Source: an uncultured bacterium (GTDB lineage: Bacteria; JAGOEH01). Taken from it: a stretch of DNA of 64,000 bases. The first letter of the stretch is position 1. Every line of letters starts with the position of its first letter. The notes under the pieces were generated by a model that was not told the DNA's origin, did not search any database, and was given only the letters and a program-made list of their open reading frames with translations. The stretch spans positions 1 to 64,000 of the forward strand of contig CAZWDO010000016.1 of assembly GCA_964632485.1 (NCBI GenBank), given 5' to 3'. Positions 9,155-18,944 of this stretch are shown in pieces. The translations under genes and the position numbers were made by a program.

Positions 9155-9940
9155 TTGAAGCCTATATCGCGAATTATAATATTTTATAGTGTCACTTTTT
9201 TTTTTACCATATTGTTTTTATTATATTTTTATAAGAGTCGGTCTCTAAGTGTTGTAGATGTCATTGATGGCGATACTGTCATTCTGTCTAACCAGGAAAA
9301 AGTCCGCTTACTGGGGATCGACTCACCGGAACTCCATGCGCCTAATATTCCAATCCAGTTTTACGCCCAAATTGCGAAGGATTCGCTGGCTTTTTGGGCT
9401 CTCCATCAGAGTGTCAAACTGACGTATGAGCGCCATCGCCGGGATCAGTATGATCGGTTGTTGGCTTATGTCACTCTTGCCGGAGAGGATACCAGTTTAA
9501 ACCAAAAAATGGTCCGATCCGGTCTCGCTTTTGTATATACCCGTTTCCCTTTCGGTAAATCGGCTGAATTCCTTGAAACTCAATCTGAAGCGCTTCAAGC
9601 GGAGCGGGGGATTTGGCAATCGCAATTTTATGATTCTCTGCTGACAATCACTAACAAACGGGATATTATCAAACAGGCATTTAAACATTCTAATCGTGTT
9701 TGGCCCCCACACCCGCCCCAACCCACTCCCCAGCTTGAATCGCCGCTTCCACAGCAGGCGGAAGCGCACGGTAAACCCTCCAGACACTACATAGGAAACA
9801 GTAATTCAAAAGTAGTTCATCGTTTTGATTGTTCTTCAATTCAGCGTACAAAGGAAAAGAACCGCGTCTATTTCAACGATTTGGATAGCGCTCTTCAACA
9901 AGGATATAAAAAATGTTCCCGATGCCTGAAAAAAAAGTAA
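9155..9940 (+). CDS. membrane-anchored thermonuclease (SNase) with Pro-rich linker and C-terminal Ada-like metal-binding domain
   Basis: VIDGDT, VRLLGIDSPE, DQYDRLLAYV, RGIW; C-terminal YIGNSNSKVVH..C...GYKKCSRC. Confidence 0.88.
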   Translation: MKPISRIIIFYSVTFFFTILFLLYFYKSRSLSVVDVIDGDTVILSNQEKVRLLGIDSPELHAPNIPIQFYAQIAKDSLAFWALHQSVKLTYERHRRDQYDRLLAYVTLAGEDTSLNQKMVRSGLAFVYTRFPFGKSAEFLETQSEALQAERGIWQSQFYDSLLTITNKRDIIKQAFKHSNRVWPPHPPQPTPQLESPLPQQAEAHGKPSRHYIGNSNSKVVHRFDCSSIQRTKEKNRVYFNDLDSALQQGYKKCSRCLKKK

Positions 9941-10638
9941 AACTGACGGAAGCTGCATTTATCAATGTCTTGGGGTTTCCGCCCTCTGAATGTCCGGAAT
10001 TGATTGTTTTTTCGCCCATTGTCTCCATGAAAACCCTGATCCGGGAATTAGCGCCGCTTAAGATTTATCAAACAATTTGGAGTCGATCTGTTTTGTTCGA
10101 ATCTGGCGGAAAGAGGGCCCTGTTTTTTAAAACAGCTCCCGGAGCCTATGCTCATCTTGAATTGATTAATTTTCTCACCCTGCGCCCTGTCCGGCATATC
10201 TGTTTCCTTGGAGCCTGCGGTTTACTTGATGATAATATTCAAAAATACCGGCTATTTTCCATTGATCGAATGGCTTTGCTTGATATGGCTTTCCCGGATT
10301 TTTCGACGGAACTTCGCTTTTTACCGCCTCAATTGCCATCTCTCTCACTTCCTTCTGTATCAGCTTTATCGACTCATTTGATTTCATTAGAATCTGAAGA
10401 ACTTTTACGGCAGTGGAAACAACTGGGTATTGAGGCAATCGATATGGAAATCGGCTATATTCACGCGTATTGTCTGAATCAGGGTATCACTTTTTCCCCT
10501 TTTGTCTTTGGAACTGATTATCCACTACAGGGAGAAACTTTTTTATTGAAGGATGAAGATATCCGGGGACGACTTGTTCTGATATTGGCAGAGTTTATCG
10601 AGCTTTTCAGGGCAATAGCCCACGCGCCCGGTCCTTAA
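9922..10638 (+). CDS. nucleoside phosphorylase-like protein (PNP/UDP fold)
   Basis: FLGACGLL, GIEAIDMEIG, FGTDY motifs. Confidence 0.65.
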   Translation: MPEKKVKLTEAAFINVLGFPPSECPELIVFSPIVSMKTLIRELAPLKIYQTIWSRSVLFESGGKRALFFKTAPGAYAHLELINFLTLRPVRHICFLGACGLLDDNIQKYRLFSIDRMALLDMAFPDFSTELRFLPPQLPSLSLPSVSALSTHLISLESEELLRQWKQLGIEAIDMEIGYIHAYCLNQGITFSPFVFGTDYPLQGETFLLKDEDIRGRLVLILAEFIELFRAIAHAPGP

Positions 10639-10768
10639 GCGCATAGAGGCTGATCAGATACGAATACTTTTTTATTTTGGTAAATGATTATCAGGGATGA
10701 AACATTGACAGAGGGTCGAAGGCCAATAGAGATTGCGATCAAGGAACAGCGTCGTTAAAAAGGGCCTT

Positions 10769-11953
10769 TTAATCCCCAAGCTGAAAGAAGATTGATTTTA
10801 AATACTGGGTCTCAGAATGAAACAAGGAAATGGGGTGATCGTAAGCCTGAAGGCCTTTATGGAGCAGGTGAGGGGTTCGATGATTCTGATGGGCGGTTTG
10901 TTGGACAATTTCGATTAATTTGTCCTCCCTCAGGTGATAGGAACAACTGCAACTGACCAGGATGCCGCCAGGTTTAAGCAATTGCATTCCCAGCAGATTC
11001 AGGTGATAGTACCCTTCCAGTCCTTCTTTTACTTTTTTGCGGCTTTTAATGAAGGCGGGTGGATCCAAGATGATGCAATCGAACAGTTTGTGTTGTTTTT
11101 TCAACGATTTTAGCGACTCAAAGGCATCTTCATTGATATAATTCCATATTTGGTGAAATCCATTTTCCTGCATCTGTAAACGAATCAGGTCGGCGATCAT
11201 TAAAGTTCGATCGATAAATGTAATTTCATGCGCGCCACAATGGGCCGCATATAGCCCCCAGGCGCCGGTATAGCTGAACACATCCAAAACCGAGTCATTT
11301 TTTTTAATAAATCGTCTTAAAAGATTACGGTTTTCGCGCTGGTCATAGAAAAATCCGGTTTTTTGTCCATCTACCAGTGGGATAGCAAACCGGATGCCAT
11401 TCTCTTCGATCCAGACGATATCCGGGCTTGGTAGTTTTCCCCAAATAAGTCCGGGCGTTTCTGTTATCTGTTCCAAGTCGAGTGAATGGTGGTCGGAACG
11501 AAGGATAATACCAGACGGATTGAATTTTTCAAGCAGATAATCAATGATTGGTTGCTGAAATTGACGAATTCCTGCCGTATTTAGCTGAATCACGAAATAA
11601 TCTTCATAGCGATCAATGATCAATCCCGGGAGTCCGTCGCTTTCACTGTAACAAAATCGCAGCGAACGGCAGGAAGGGTACCAGTATTCTCTGAGTTCCC
11701 GGCAATGATCCAGTTTTTGATACAGCCAGTTGTCAAGTGTTGTTGAAATCGGGCGTATGTCCATAACTCGTACTGCAATCAGCGCGTCGGGATTATAGTA
11801 ACCCCAGGCAATAAACTGGTGTTCCTGGTCTATCAGTTCAACCGGGGATCCGCGCTCCAAGCGGGGGTGTTCTCTCAATTCGTTGCTGAATACCCAACGA
11901 TAACCATGTCGAAGATGGAATTTAGCCTGGCTATTGATCTGTAAGCGGTTCAT
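10769..11953 (-). CDS. rlmI: RlmI-like class I SAM-dependent rRNA methyltransferase
   Basis: PUA-like WVFSNE, SESDGLPGLIIDRY, GQKTGFFYDQRENR, VLDVFSYTG, ILDPPAF, CSCS. Confidence 0.85.
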   Translation of the reverse strand: MNRLQINSQAKFHLRHGYRWVFSNELREHPRLERGSPVELIDQEHQFIAWGYYNPDALIAVRVMDIRPISTTLDNWLYQKLDHCRELREYWYPSCRSLRFCYSESDGLPGLIIDRYEDYFVIQLNTAGIRQFQQPIIDYLLEKFNPSGIILRSDHHSLDLEQITETPGLIWGKLPSPDIVWIEENGIRFAIPLVDGQKTGFFYDQRENRNLLRRFIKKNDSVLDVFSYTGAWGLYAAHCGAHEITFIDRTLMIADLIRLQMQENGFHQIWNYINEDAFESLKSLKKQHKLFDCIILDPPAFIKSRKKVKEGLEGYYHLNLLGMQLLKPGGILVSCSCSYHLREDKLIEIVQQTAHQNHRTPHLLHKGLQAYDHPISLFHSETQYLKSIFFQLGD

Positions 11954-12335
11954 GATGTGTTGTTGGAATGTTCAATTCAATCCATCGATTGCTATATAGA
12001 TCGCGAATAAACCATACAAAACGATCTAAAAGCTTGTCTTCGTGGCTGAATTTTTGGAGAAAAATTTCATAAATTGTTCCGAGAGGGGTTTGATCATCCA
12101 GCAGTTGCCAGATACAGGACCCTTTTTCATCCAGATGGAGTCTGAAAAATGCCCGCTGGGGTGAAATTTGGGGCTGGAGCCACTTTTTAAAAAATCGATT
12201 GGAAAATTTTGGTACAAGCAAGGTGGTTTTTAGCGTATCAGGGTCAGTAATCGCAGTAATTTTACGTTTGGGTATCATATCGAGAAGGTTGAGATGATCC
12301 CAAGGATTTTGGGTTTTACGAAAAAAGGGTATCAT
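11931..12335 (-). CDS. PqqD-family (RRE-fold) protein
   Basis: [15 protein letters not shown]...LG.I...F...L winged-helix pattern. Confidence 0.65.
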   Translation of the reverse strand: MIPFFRKTQNPWDHLNLLDMIPKRKITAITDPDTLKTTLLVPKFSNRFFKKWLQPQISPQRAFFRLHLDEKGSCIWQLLDDQTPLGTIYEIFLQKFSHEDKLLDRFVWFIRDLYSNRWIELNIPTTHHEPLTDQ

Positions 12336-13948
12336 TCGTTAATCTGGAAATCCTGGATAATTTCTTTGAGTTGTTGACTTAATTGCTGAAGATTTTTTGC
12401 GGCCCCGGCCAGTTCCTCCGAAGCCATCGAATTTTGTTCAACGACCGACGAAACGGTGGAGATGGCTTTGGCAACTTCATGAGAAGTCGTCGATTGTTCC
12501 TGCGATGCCAATGTGATCTGAGTGACAGCGTCAGTGGTGGCTGAAACTTCAGTGATGATTTTCTTGAAGGTTTCATTAACGATCGCGAAGCGCTGGCTAC
12601 CGTCATTAACGTGCTGGCTGCTGGATTTGATAAGTTGAGTGATTTCGCTGGCAGCCTGAGAAACGCTTTCGGCCAGTTTGCGTACTTCGCTGGCAACGAC
12701 GGCGAATCCTTTGCCGTGCTCGCCTGCCCGAGCTGCTTCTACCGTGGCATTCAGGGCCAATAAATGAGTCTGGCTGGCAATTGAAATGATGGTCTGAATG
12801 ATTTTAGCAATCGCTTTGGAAGAGCTTGAAATCAGATTCATGCTCTCAACCTGCGAATCAATGAGGGTTTGTCCGCTTTGGGCCGAGCCGGAGGTTTGGA
12901 TTGCTAATTGGTTGGTTTCTTTAGCTTTTCCGGCGACTTCGCTGATCGATGCTGTCAATTCTTCAATAGCCGCGCTGATTTCTTCAACTGTCGCCGCCTG
13001 GTTTTGAGCGCCATCCGACACATCCTGGGCGCCTTTTGATATTTCATACGCTGCCGTCGCCAATTCATCTGAACTATACTTAAGCCGTCGAATTACTTCA
13101 CTTAAATGATCGATCATTTCATTGAAGGCCAGGCTTAAAACCCCGATTTCATCCTGGCTGATCTGCTCGATTTTCTCCCGGAAATCAAAACGGGCAATGG
13201 CGTCGGCCCGTTCGACCATGTGATCCACTGCCAGCATCACTCGCTTGAGAACAAGAAACGATATGATAATCGAAATGATAATCAACAGGATCACAATAAG
13301 CGTTATAAAACGAGTGGTCCGTTTTATCGCTTGGTCCATGGGTTCAAGTGAGCTGATAATCTCAAAAGCTCCGTGAATTTCCCCGCTTTTCCATCCCTCC
13401 ATATTTCCCCCGGTGATATCCTTGCCATCGCTGCGGCCCCAATATTGTTGAGAATTAGCGGGGTCGCCATGACAAAGTAGACATCCGTCATTGAGACGAA
13501 CCGATCGAAATGAACGTAAACTATTGGTTGTTTTATCAATAAACCAGTAATTGTTCTGATTGCTTTTAGCAAGCTGTTTAAGTATAACGCTTTCCATGCT
13601 ATCCGGCTGGTTTTCAGGATTGCGAGGCTGGAATTTTGGAACTCTGAATTGGTAATTCCCTTCTCTGGCCCGTTCCCGCATGACGTTTATGGAGGTTATA
13701 ACCGGAATGGATTCCATAATTTTTGCAATATCGTTCTGTTTTGTCAGTTCACCAAATAATCCGATATCATATTTTTTCCCCATTTGGAGCATGATCTCTT
13801 CACCATTGGCCAAAATCGCATTCGCTTTTTCACGATAGCTATTGATCGCGTAATTGTGAATTTGTTGATAACTGACCCAGATTGTAAAAATACCCAGAGA
13901 GAATAAGGAAATCGCGCTGATACTCATGATTTTGCTTTTAAGTTTCAT
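12332..13948 (-). CDS. methyl-accepting chemotaxis protein with periplasmic c-type heme (Tll0287/DUF3365-like) sensor and HAMP domain
   Basis: two TMs; PRNPENQPD and CLLCH in the sensor; [48 protein letters not shown] signalling tip. Confidence 0.92.
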   Translation of the reverse strand: MKLKSKIMSISAISLFSLGIFTIWVSYQQIHNYAINSYREKANAILANGEEIMLQMGKKYDIGLFGELTKQNDIAKIMESIPVITSINVMRERAREGNYQFRVPKFQPRNPENQPDSMESVILKQLAKSNQNNYWFIDKTTNSLRSFRSVRLNDGCLLCHGDPANSQQYWGRSDGKDITGGNMEGWKSGEIHGAFEIISSLEPMDQAIKRTTRFITLIVILLIIISIIISFLVLKRVMLAVDHMVERADAIARFDFREKIEQISQDEIGVLSLAFNEMIDHLSEVIRRLKYSSDELATAAYEISKGAQDVSDGAQNQAATVEEISAAIEELTASISEVAGKAKETNQLAIQTSGSAQSGQTLIDSQVESMNLISSSSKAIAKIIQTIISIASQTHLLALNATVEAARAGEHGKGFAVVASEVRKLAESVSQAASEITQLIKSSSQHVNDGSQRFAIVNETFKKIITEVSATTDAVTQITLASQEQSTTSHEVAKAISTVSSVVEQNSMASEELAGAAKNLQQLSQQLKEIIQDFQINE

Positions 13949-14031
13949 ATTTATCTCCTTAGGGTGTCTGCCAATAATCCACGCGAAATACCGAATTTCA
14001 TGTATGAATCGGGTTTTAATTTCTTTTTTAC

Positions 14032-14060
14032 AATATACTAATGATTTTTAATCAAGTCAA
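14032..14060 (-). promoter_or_regulatory. sigma-70-type promoter of the MCP operon
   Basis: minus-strand TTGACT-N17-TATATT. Confidence 0.55.
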
Positions 14061-14081
14061 GATTTTTTTTTGTATGATCCT

Positions 14082-14108
14082 TAAAGTTTTTCTACATTAA
14101 GTCGATAA
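14082..14108 (+). promoter_or_regulatory. sigma-28 (FliA/SigD)-type promoter
   Basis: TAAAGTTT...GTCGATAA with exactly 15 nt between TAAA and GTCGATAA (consensus TAAA-N15-GCCGATAA, one mismatch). Confidence 0.65.
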
Positions 14109-14168
14109 TAAAACTGAATATGTCAGTTAGTTGATATTTTTGGGATACAGCTAATCAGAAAGGTCTAT

Positions 14169-15308
14169 ATGATTGATCGTGTATCGCAACGCTACAGCAT
14201 CCTCCGGGATTATACCGAAAGAATGTCCGATCCCAATCGTTTTTCAATGGAGGAAGTGCAACGCAAGATTGAAGATAGTTTTACAAGTTCATTGTTTAGC
14301 GCGTTTGATCCTTCTTCTCAATCCTCAATCGGGTCTTTTATTAATCAATTCTATTCCGGGATGAGTTCGGAATCGCAGCAATTTGGCTCATTAACAGTTC
14401 CGCTATCCACCAGCGCGATGGCGGATATTCCTACACCTGCAACAATGGCAACGCCGACTCCTTACTTGAGTGGATCCGTTTTCGTTGATTTGCAGTATGG
14501 AACGGTCGAGATCAAACCTTACGACCAGGATTATGATATCAATCAGTCCGGGCAGATTGGCAATTACGATAATTGGGGTGATGATATTGATATTAGCGCC
14601 GGCCAACATGATTATGACTTCAATAATGATGGCAGGGCAGATGGAAGGCGAACTGATATCGACAGTTTGGTCCAATCTATCCAAGCGAATCGCTATCTAC
14701 AGAAATCGGAAGCGGCTATTGCTGGGAAATTGGGATTGCGGGGTTCATCCAATTTAAAAATTGAGCTATATTTCAGTGATCGGATTATGCCCAACTCATC
14801 GGCTGATGGGATTACCGGTTTAACGGTTTCAACGGATTCACCGAAAATTATGATCGATTTGGATGAAGTTTTCACAAAAAAACGGGGATTTGATCTGAAA
14901 GTATTGACTCATGAGATGACTCATGCCCTGATGTACGATAAACTGAAAAATGACAATCAGTCGGCCTGGTTTATGGAAGGGGCTGCGGTATATAGCGCCG
15001 GACAGGGGCAGGAGAAAATTAGCGCCGCCTTCCGTTCCGGGGGGCTTAAACTACGCGGACTCGACTCGTTGAACCAATCTGTCGGCGATATCAGCGGGTA
15101 CGCGGAAAGCTACCTGGCGTTTGAGTATATTGATCAATTCTATGGTTCCGCCAAAGTTAAGGAATTTATCAATAATACCTTGATATTAGAAAATGTTGCC
15201 AAAGGTATAGAGAAAACTTTCAACATTTCAAGCAATCTTTTCAATCAGCGGACGCGCGATTATGCCAAGGCCTGGCTAAATCATAATAAGATGGATTTAT
15301 ACGCTTGA
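14169..15308 (+). CDS. gluzincin-type zinc metallopeptidase (flagellinolysin/BSP-like), no Sec signal
   Basis: LTHEMTHALM plus WFMEGAAVY third ligand; Ser-rich N-terminus; DFNNDG and DINQSG Ca-binding-like loops. Confidence 0.75.
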   Translation: MIDRVSQRYSILRDYTERMSDPNRFSMEEVQRKIEDSFTSSLFSAFDPSSQSSIGSFINQFYSGMSSESQQFGSLTVPLSTSAMADIPTPATMATPTPYLSGSVFVDLQYGTVEIKPYDQDYDINQSGQIGNYDNWGDDIDISAGQHDYDFNNDGRADGRRTDIDSLVQSIQANRYLQKSEAAIAGKLGLRGSSNLKIELYFSDRIMPNSSADGITGLTVSTDSPKIMIDLDEVFTKKRGFDLKVLTHEMTHALMYDKLKNDNQSAWFMEGAAVYSAGQGQEKISAAFRSGGLKLRGLDSLNQSVGDISGYAESYLAFEYIDQFYGSAKVKEFINNTLILENVAKGIEKTFNISSNLFNQRTRDYAKAWLNHNKMDLYA

Positions 15309-15323
15309 TTTTGCTACCAGTGG

Positions 15324-15707
15324 TTATAAAACGTTTTTAACATTTTTGAGTTTGTTTTCGCTTTCAGCCGTTTTTTTCTTAATTTCCACCAATTCCTTGC
15401 GCAACTCTTTCACTTCGTTTTGCAATGACGACATTAACAAATAATTGTTACTGATTTCAGATAAAATTTTAGTATTCAGCGCCGAGATTTGCTTAATCAT
15501 TTCAGTTTTGTTATTCTCAATCCGCTGTTCAATTTTATCGGTCATATTAATTTCAGTCGTTTTTGAACGGTTATCAATATAGTTTTTCAGTTCCTGGTTT
15601 TTGCTATTGATATATTCTATCAATTCTTTTTTCAAATTAGCGTTACTGGAATCGATATATCCTTTAATTTGAATAAGAAAACTATTGATGTCGTCACGTG
15701 TTAGCAT
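15324..15707 (-). CDS. hypothetical coiled-coil protein
   Basis: 127 aa, heptad-rich in K/E/N/I; GGAG RBS; follows dapF. Confidence 0.6.
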   Translation of the reverse strand: MLTRDDINSFLIQIKGYIDSSNANLKKELIEYINSKNQELKNYIDNRSKTTEINMTDKIEQRIENNKTEMIKQISALNTKILSEISNNYLLMSSLQNEVKELRKELVEIKKKTAESENKLKNVKNVL

Positions 15708-15717
15708 AAAAAACTCC

Positions 15718-16575
15718 TTAAGAATAAATTTTTAAAAGAAAGTCAGGATTAAAATCACCATTAAATACTTCATGAGCGGGACCGGTCATAATCAGGTCAT
15801 TGTTTTGATAGGATATTTCCAAAACTCCCCCGGGAGAGCGAATGGTAGCTATGTGATCACAGAGTCCCAATTTGTGGGCGCAAGCAAAAATAGCCGTAGA
15901 ACCTGTTCCGCATGCCTGGGTTTCACCGCTGCCACGTTCCCATGTTCGTTGAAGAATTAAGTTGCGGTTAACACAATAGGCAAAATTTATATTTGCGCGT
16001 TGGGGAAAGAGCGGATGATTTTCCAAGAGGGGTCCCAGTTGTTCAACTGGGAAATTTTTGGGTTCCTGTGTCAGAAATATGACGATATGGGGGACGCCGG
16101 TATTGATGCAATTGAGTTCTAACGGGTAGCCATTAACGGTAAGGGGAAGCCGCAGGGCTTCCGCGCCATTAAAATCAACTGGGATCAGCTCGGGGGACCA
16201 GATTGGGGGACCCATATTAATTGCAATCTGTTGGACCCCGCCATCGCCAACTTCCAGTATTTCAATTGTCTTGGGACCAGCGCCCGTTTCGACGTGGAAT
16301 CGGCGCTCCTTTACCAATCCATGATCAAATGCGTATTTAGCTAAACAGCGTAAACCATTGCCGCACATTTCGCCTTCAAGACCGTCGGCATTGAACATGC
16401 GCATTGAAAGGGGAGCGTTGCGACCCGGTCCGATCAGAATCAAGCCGTCCCCGCCAACTCCCAGATGACGGTCTGAAAGAATGCGGCTTAAACGGTTGGG
16501 CTGTTCTACTTTCTCACGAAATGTATCAATATAGATATAATCATTGCCATTGGCTTGTAATTTAGTAAAATGCAT
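15718..16575 (-). CDS. dapF: diaminopimelate epimerase
   Basis: GNDY, GVGGDGLI, FNADG.EGEMCGNGLRC, ERGSGETQACGTG. Confidence 0.95.
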   Translation of the reverse strand: MHFTKLQANGNDYIYIDTFREKVEQPNRLSRILSDRHLGVGGDGLILIGPGRNAPLSMRMFNADGLEGEMCGNGLRCLAKYAFDHGLVKERRFHVETGAGPKTIEILEVGDGGVQQIAINMGPPIWSPELIPVDFNGAEALRLPLTVNGYPLELNCINTGVPHIVIFLTQEPKNFPVEQLGPLLENHPLFPQRANINFAYCVNRNLILQRTWERGSGETQACGTGSTAIFACAHKLGLCDHIATIRSPGGVLEISYQNNDLIMTGPAHEVFNGDFNPDFLLKIYS

Positions 16576-17555
16576 TAGCGTGGCCCGATCATCTTGTCAA
16601 TAAGAGGCAATAGCTCTTCCCATTCCTTGTTGGAGAGTTTCGGTCCGATGTGGGATACAACCCGGGATGCGATCAGACTGCCTATGGCGCCGCAAATTGA
16701 TAAGGGCTGCGAATTTAAAAATCCGTAAATAAATCCGGCCGCATAACTGTCTCCGGCTCCGGTAGTATCGATTGCAGTAACCGGAATGGGTGAAACCGTT
16801 ACTACCTCAGAACCCCGGCCGATGATCGAACCTTTTGCTCCCAGTTTAATCACGATAATCGGGGTTTTGGTTCTTAATTCGCAAATGCTTTCATAAGGAG
16901 GGAGTCCGGTAAGTTCAAAAATCTCTTCTTCATTTGCAAAAAGAATACCAATGCCGGCATCGATGATGGATCGCAGGTAATCCCGATTGGCAGCCACCAG
17001 ATTGAAACTTGAGAGGTCCATTGCCACCGCAGCTTGATTGTTTTTTGCCAACTGAATGCTGCGATTGATTAACTCCTGATTATGAATCAAGTATCCTTCA
17101 ATATATACAACGCCGATGTTTTCAAAAAAATGGGGAGAAAGCTCATTCACATCCAGTTCTACTGCTGCCCCTAAATACGTCAGCAGAGTGCGTTCCCGAT
17201 CGGGCGTAATCAGTGAGCAACAGATTCCTGTGGGTTTATTGCCATGGATGACAAAGGGTTGAACACCCCGATGCTTCATGTCTTCCAGGTAGAAAACACC
17301 CAAATCATCATCGCCGATTTTTCCAATAAATTTTGATTCGATGCCGAGCTCGCCCAGTGCGCAAATTGAATTACTGGCGCTGCCGCCGGATGATTGCTCA
17401 AAGTTTTTTAATTGAGTGATGATGCGGCTGGCCTCTTTCCAGTCCACTAATTGCATACTTCCTTTGGGGTACCCGGTCGTTTGTACGAAAGTGTCTTCAA
17501 CATGGGAGAGTACATCGACTAAAGCGTTGCCGATTCCGAGCACAGTTTTTTTCAT
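16575..17555 (-). CDS. PfkB-family (adenosine/sugar) kinase
   Basis: GIGNALVD, GGSASN, FANEEE, DTTGAGDSYAAG. Confidence 0.9.
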   Translation of the reverse strand: MKKTVLGIGNALVDVLSHVEDTFVQTTGYPKGSMQLVDWKEASRIITQLKNFEQSSGGSASNSICALGELGIESKFIGKIGDDDLGVFYLEDMKHRGVQPFVIHGNKPTGICCSLITPDRERTLLTYLGAAVELDVNELSPHFFENIGVVYIEGYLIHNQELINRSIQLAKNNQAAVAMDLSSFNLVAANRDYLRSIIDAGIGILFANEEEIFELTGLPPYESICELRTKTPIIVIKLGAKGSIIGRGSEVVTVSPIPVTAIDTTGAGDSYAAGFIYGFLNSQPLSICGAIGSLIASRVVSHIGPKLSNKEWEELLPLIDKMIGPR

Positions 17556-17576
17556 GGGAACTCCTAATTCGGTTGT

Positions 17577-18671
17577 TTATCTCGATAATAATTTTTTTCG
17601 GGTATTTCGCAGAAAAGCATATAGTAAAGCCATGATCAGTACAATGGTTATTCCAACTCGAACGGGAGTAATCTGCCACTCAAGTCGGGTTTTATTTTTG
17701 AATTTATCACGGTATCGTGATTCAATCAATGAACTTATTTTTGAATCAAGATGCCCGGTCAGCCAAAAATGATTGTAGCCGGCGCTAAAGGTTTTTGTTT
17801 CCTGCATGATTGTCGGGAAAATTGATAATTGGGGATGTTCAAAATTTTCAAGCTCAACCATCTCTTGGGGTATAACCGCCTGAATAAACAAGCGAGCGCC
17901 GCTGAAATAGCGGATAAGATGCATTAGCCGTTTAGCGTCGATTAACAAACCCGCATCCATGGTTTCGATACCGTTTGTCATGAATACAAGAGGTTTGAAG
18001 TCGGCCATGAGCAGGTTATCCAGAGTAGCCTGGTAACTGTGGGGTATCCAAACTCCGCTGGATTGAATTGTAGCCGGGGGTTCCGATTTAATTGCCGTTG
18101 TCGAAGATTCTATGCTGAGCGATTGGATCAACTGATCTGCCTGCAACCAGTCCAGCCTTTGAAGCTTGAAATTTTTTGAATCAATGATCAAATTGAGCCT
18201 GGCCTCGCTAAACACCTGATGGCTGATCATCAATTCCAGAGTAGAATCATTGATCTCCTGTGAATCAAAAAGGGAAGCGCGGATCAAGATATCCCAGGCA
18301 GTCGGTAGCCAAATCCATTCGATATTCGAAAATAAATGGAGCAACATCAACTGATCGGCCTGGACAATCGCTTGGGCAGAATTCATTTGAAAAGAAGATC
18401 CGTTCCGCTGATAGCTGATCCACTCGTCGTTACGATATTGTAATTGAAGGGTATAACTATCCCGGGATGGTTTTTGGATAATTACCAGATAAGGGTGATA
18501 GACGTTATCGGGGGTGAGCAATGTCAGATTACCCGACCATTGGTGGGGAGTATGATCTAATTCCTGTCTAATTAACTGGATTAATTCACGGTAGGTATTC
18601 TGGGCATGGGTCCATGAACAAATTCCCAACCAAACCAGACTAAATAAGAGAAATTTTCTGCTTGTTTTCAT
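17577..18671 (-). CDS. exported hypothetical protein with C-terminal membrane anchor
   Basis: signal peptide MKTSRKFLLFSLVWLGICSWTHA; C-terminal TM followed by a basic tail. Confidence 0.6.
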   Translation of the reverse strand: MKTSRKFLLFSLVWLGICSWTHAQNTYRELIQLIRQELDHTPHQWSGNLTLLTPDNVYHPYLVIIQKPSRDSYTLQLQYRNDEWISYQRNGSSFQMNSAQAIVQADQLMLLHLFSNIEWIWLPTAWDILIRASLFDSQEINDSTLELMISHQVFSEARLNLIIDSKNFKLQRLDWLQADQLIQSLSIESSTTAIKSEPPATIQSSGVWIPHSYQATLDNLLMADFKPLVFMTNGIETMDAGLLIDAKRLMHLIRYFSGARLFIQAVIPQEMVELENFEHPQLSIFPTIMQETKTFSAGYNHFWLTGHLDSKISSLIESRYRDKFKNKTRLEWQITPVRVGITIVLIMALLYAFLRNTRKKLLSR

Positions 18672-18942
18672 CGCTGGAAGGTCGATAGAGCAAAATCGTA
18701 TGGCCAATTGAGCGGATGATTCTGGCGCCCAATTGATCCGTAATCAATTGATTCAGTTCTTGTATATCGACTTCGCTATTATTGTTAATTTTAATTTTTA
18801 TCAATTCATGATCATCAAGGGCTTTGTCTATTCCCTTTTGCACTTGTTCAGTCAGCGATAATTTACCGATTTGGATCACCGGATGTAATTGATGGCCTAA
18901 TTGTTTGAGTCTACGAATTTGTCGGGCTGTCAGTTGGATCAT
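18640..18942 (-). CDS. yhbY: ribosome assembly RNA-binding protein (CRM domain)
   Basis: LHPVIQIGK, HELIKIK, IGHTILLYRPS. Confidence 0.92.
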   Translation of the reverse strand: MIQLTARQIRRLKQLGHQLHPVIQIGKLSLTEQVQKGIDKALDDHELIKIKINNNSEVDIQELNQLITDQLGARIIRSIGHTILLYRPSSDENKQKISLI

Positions 18943-18944
18943 AT

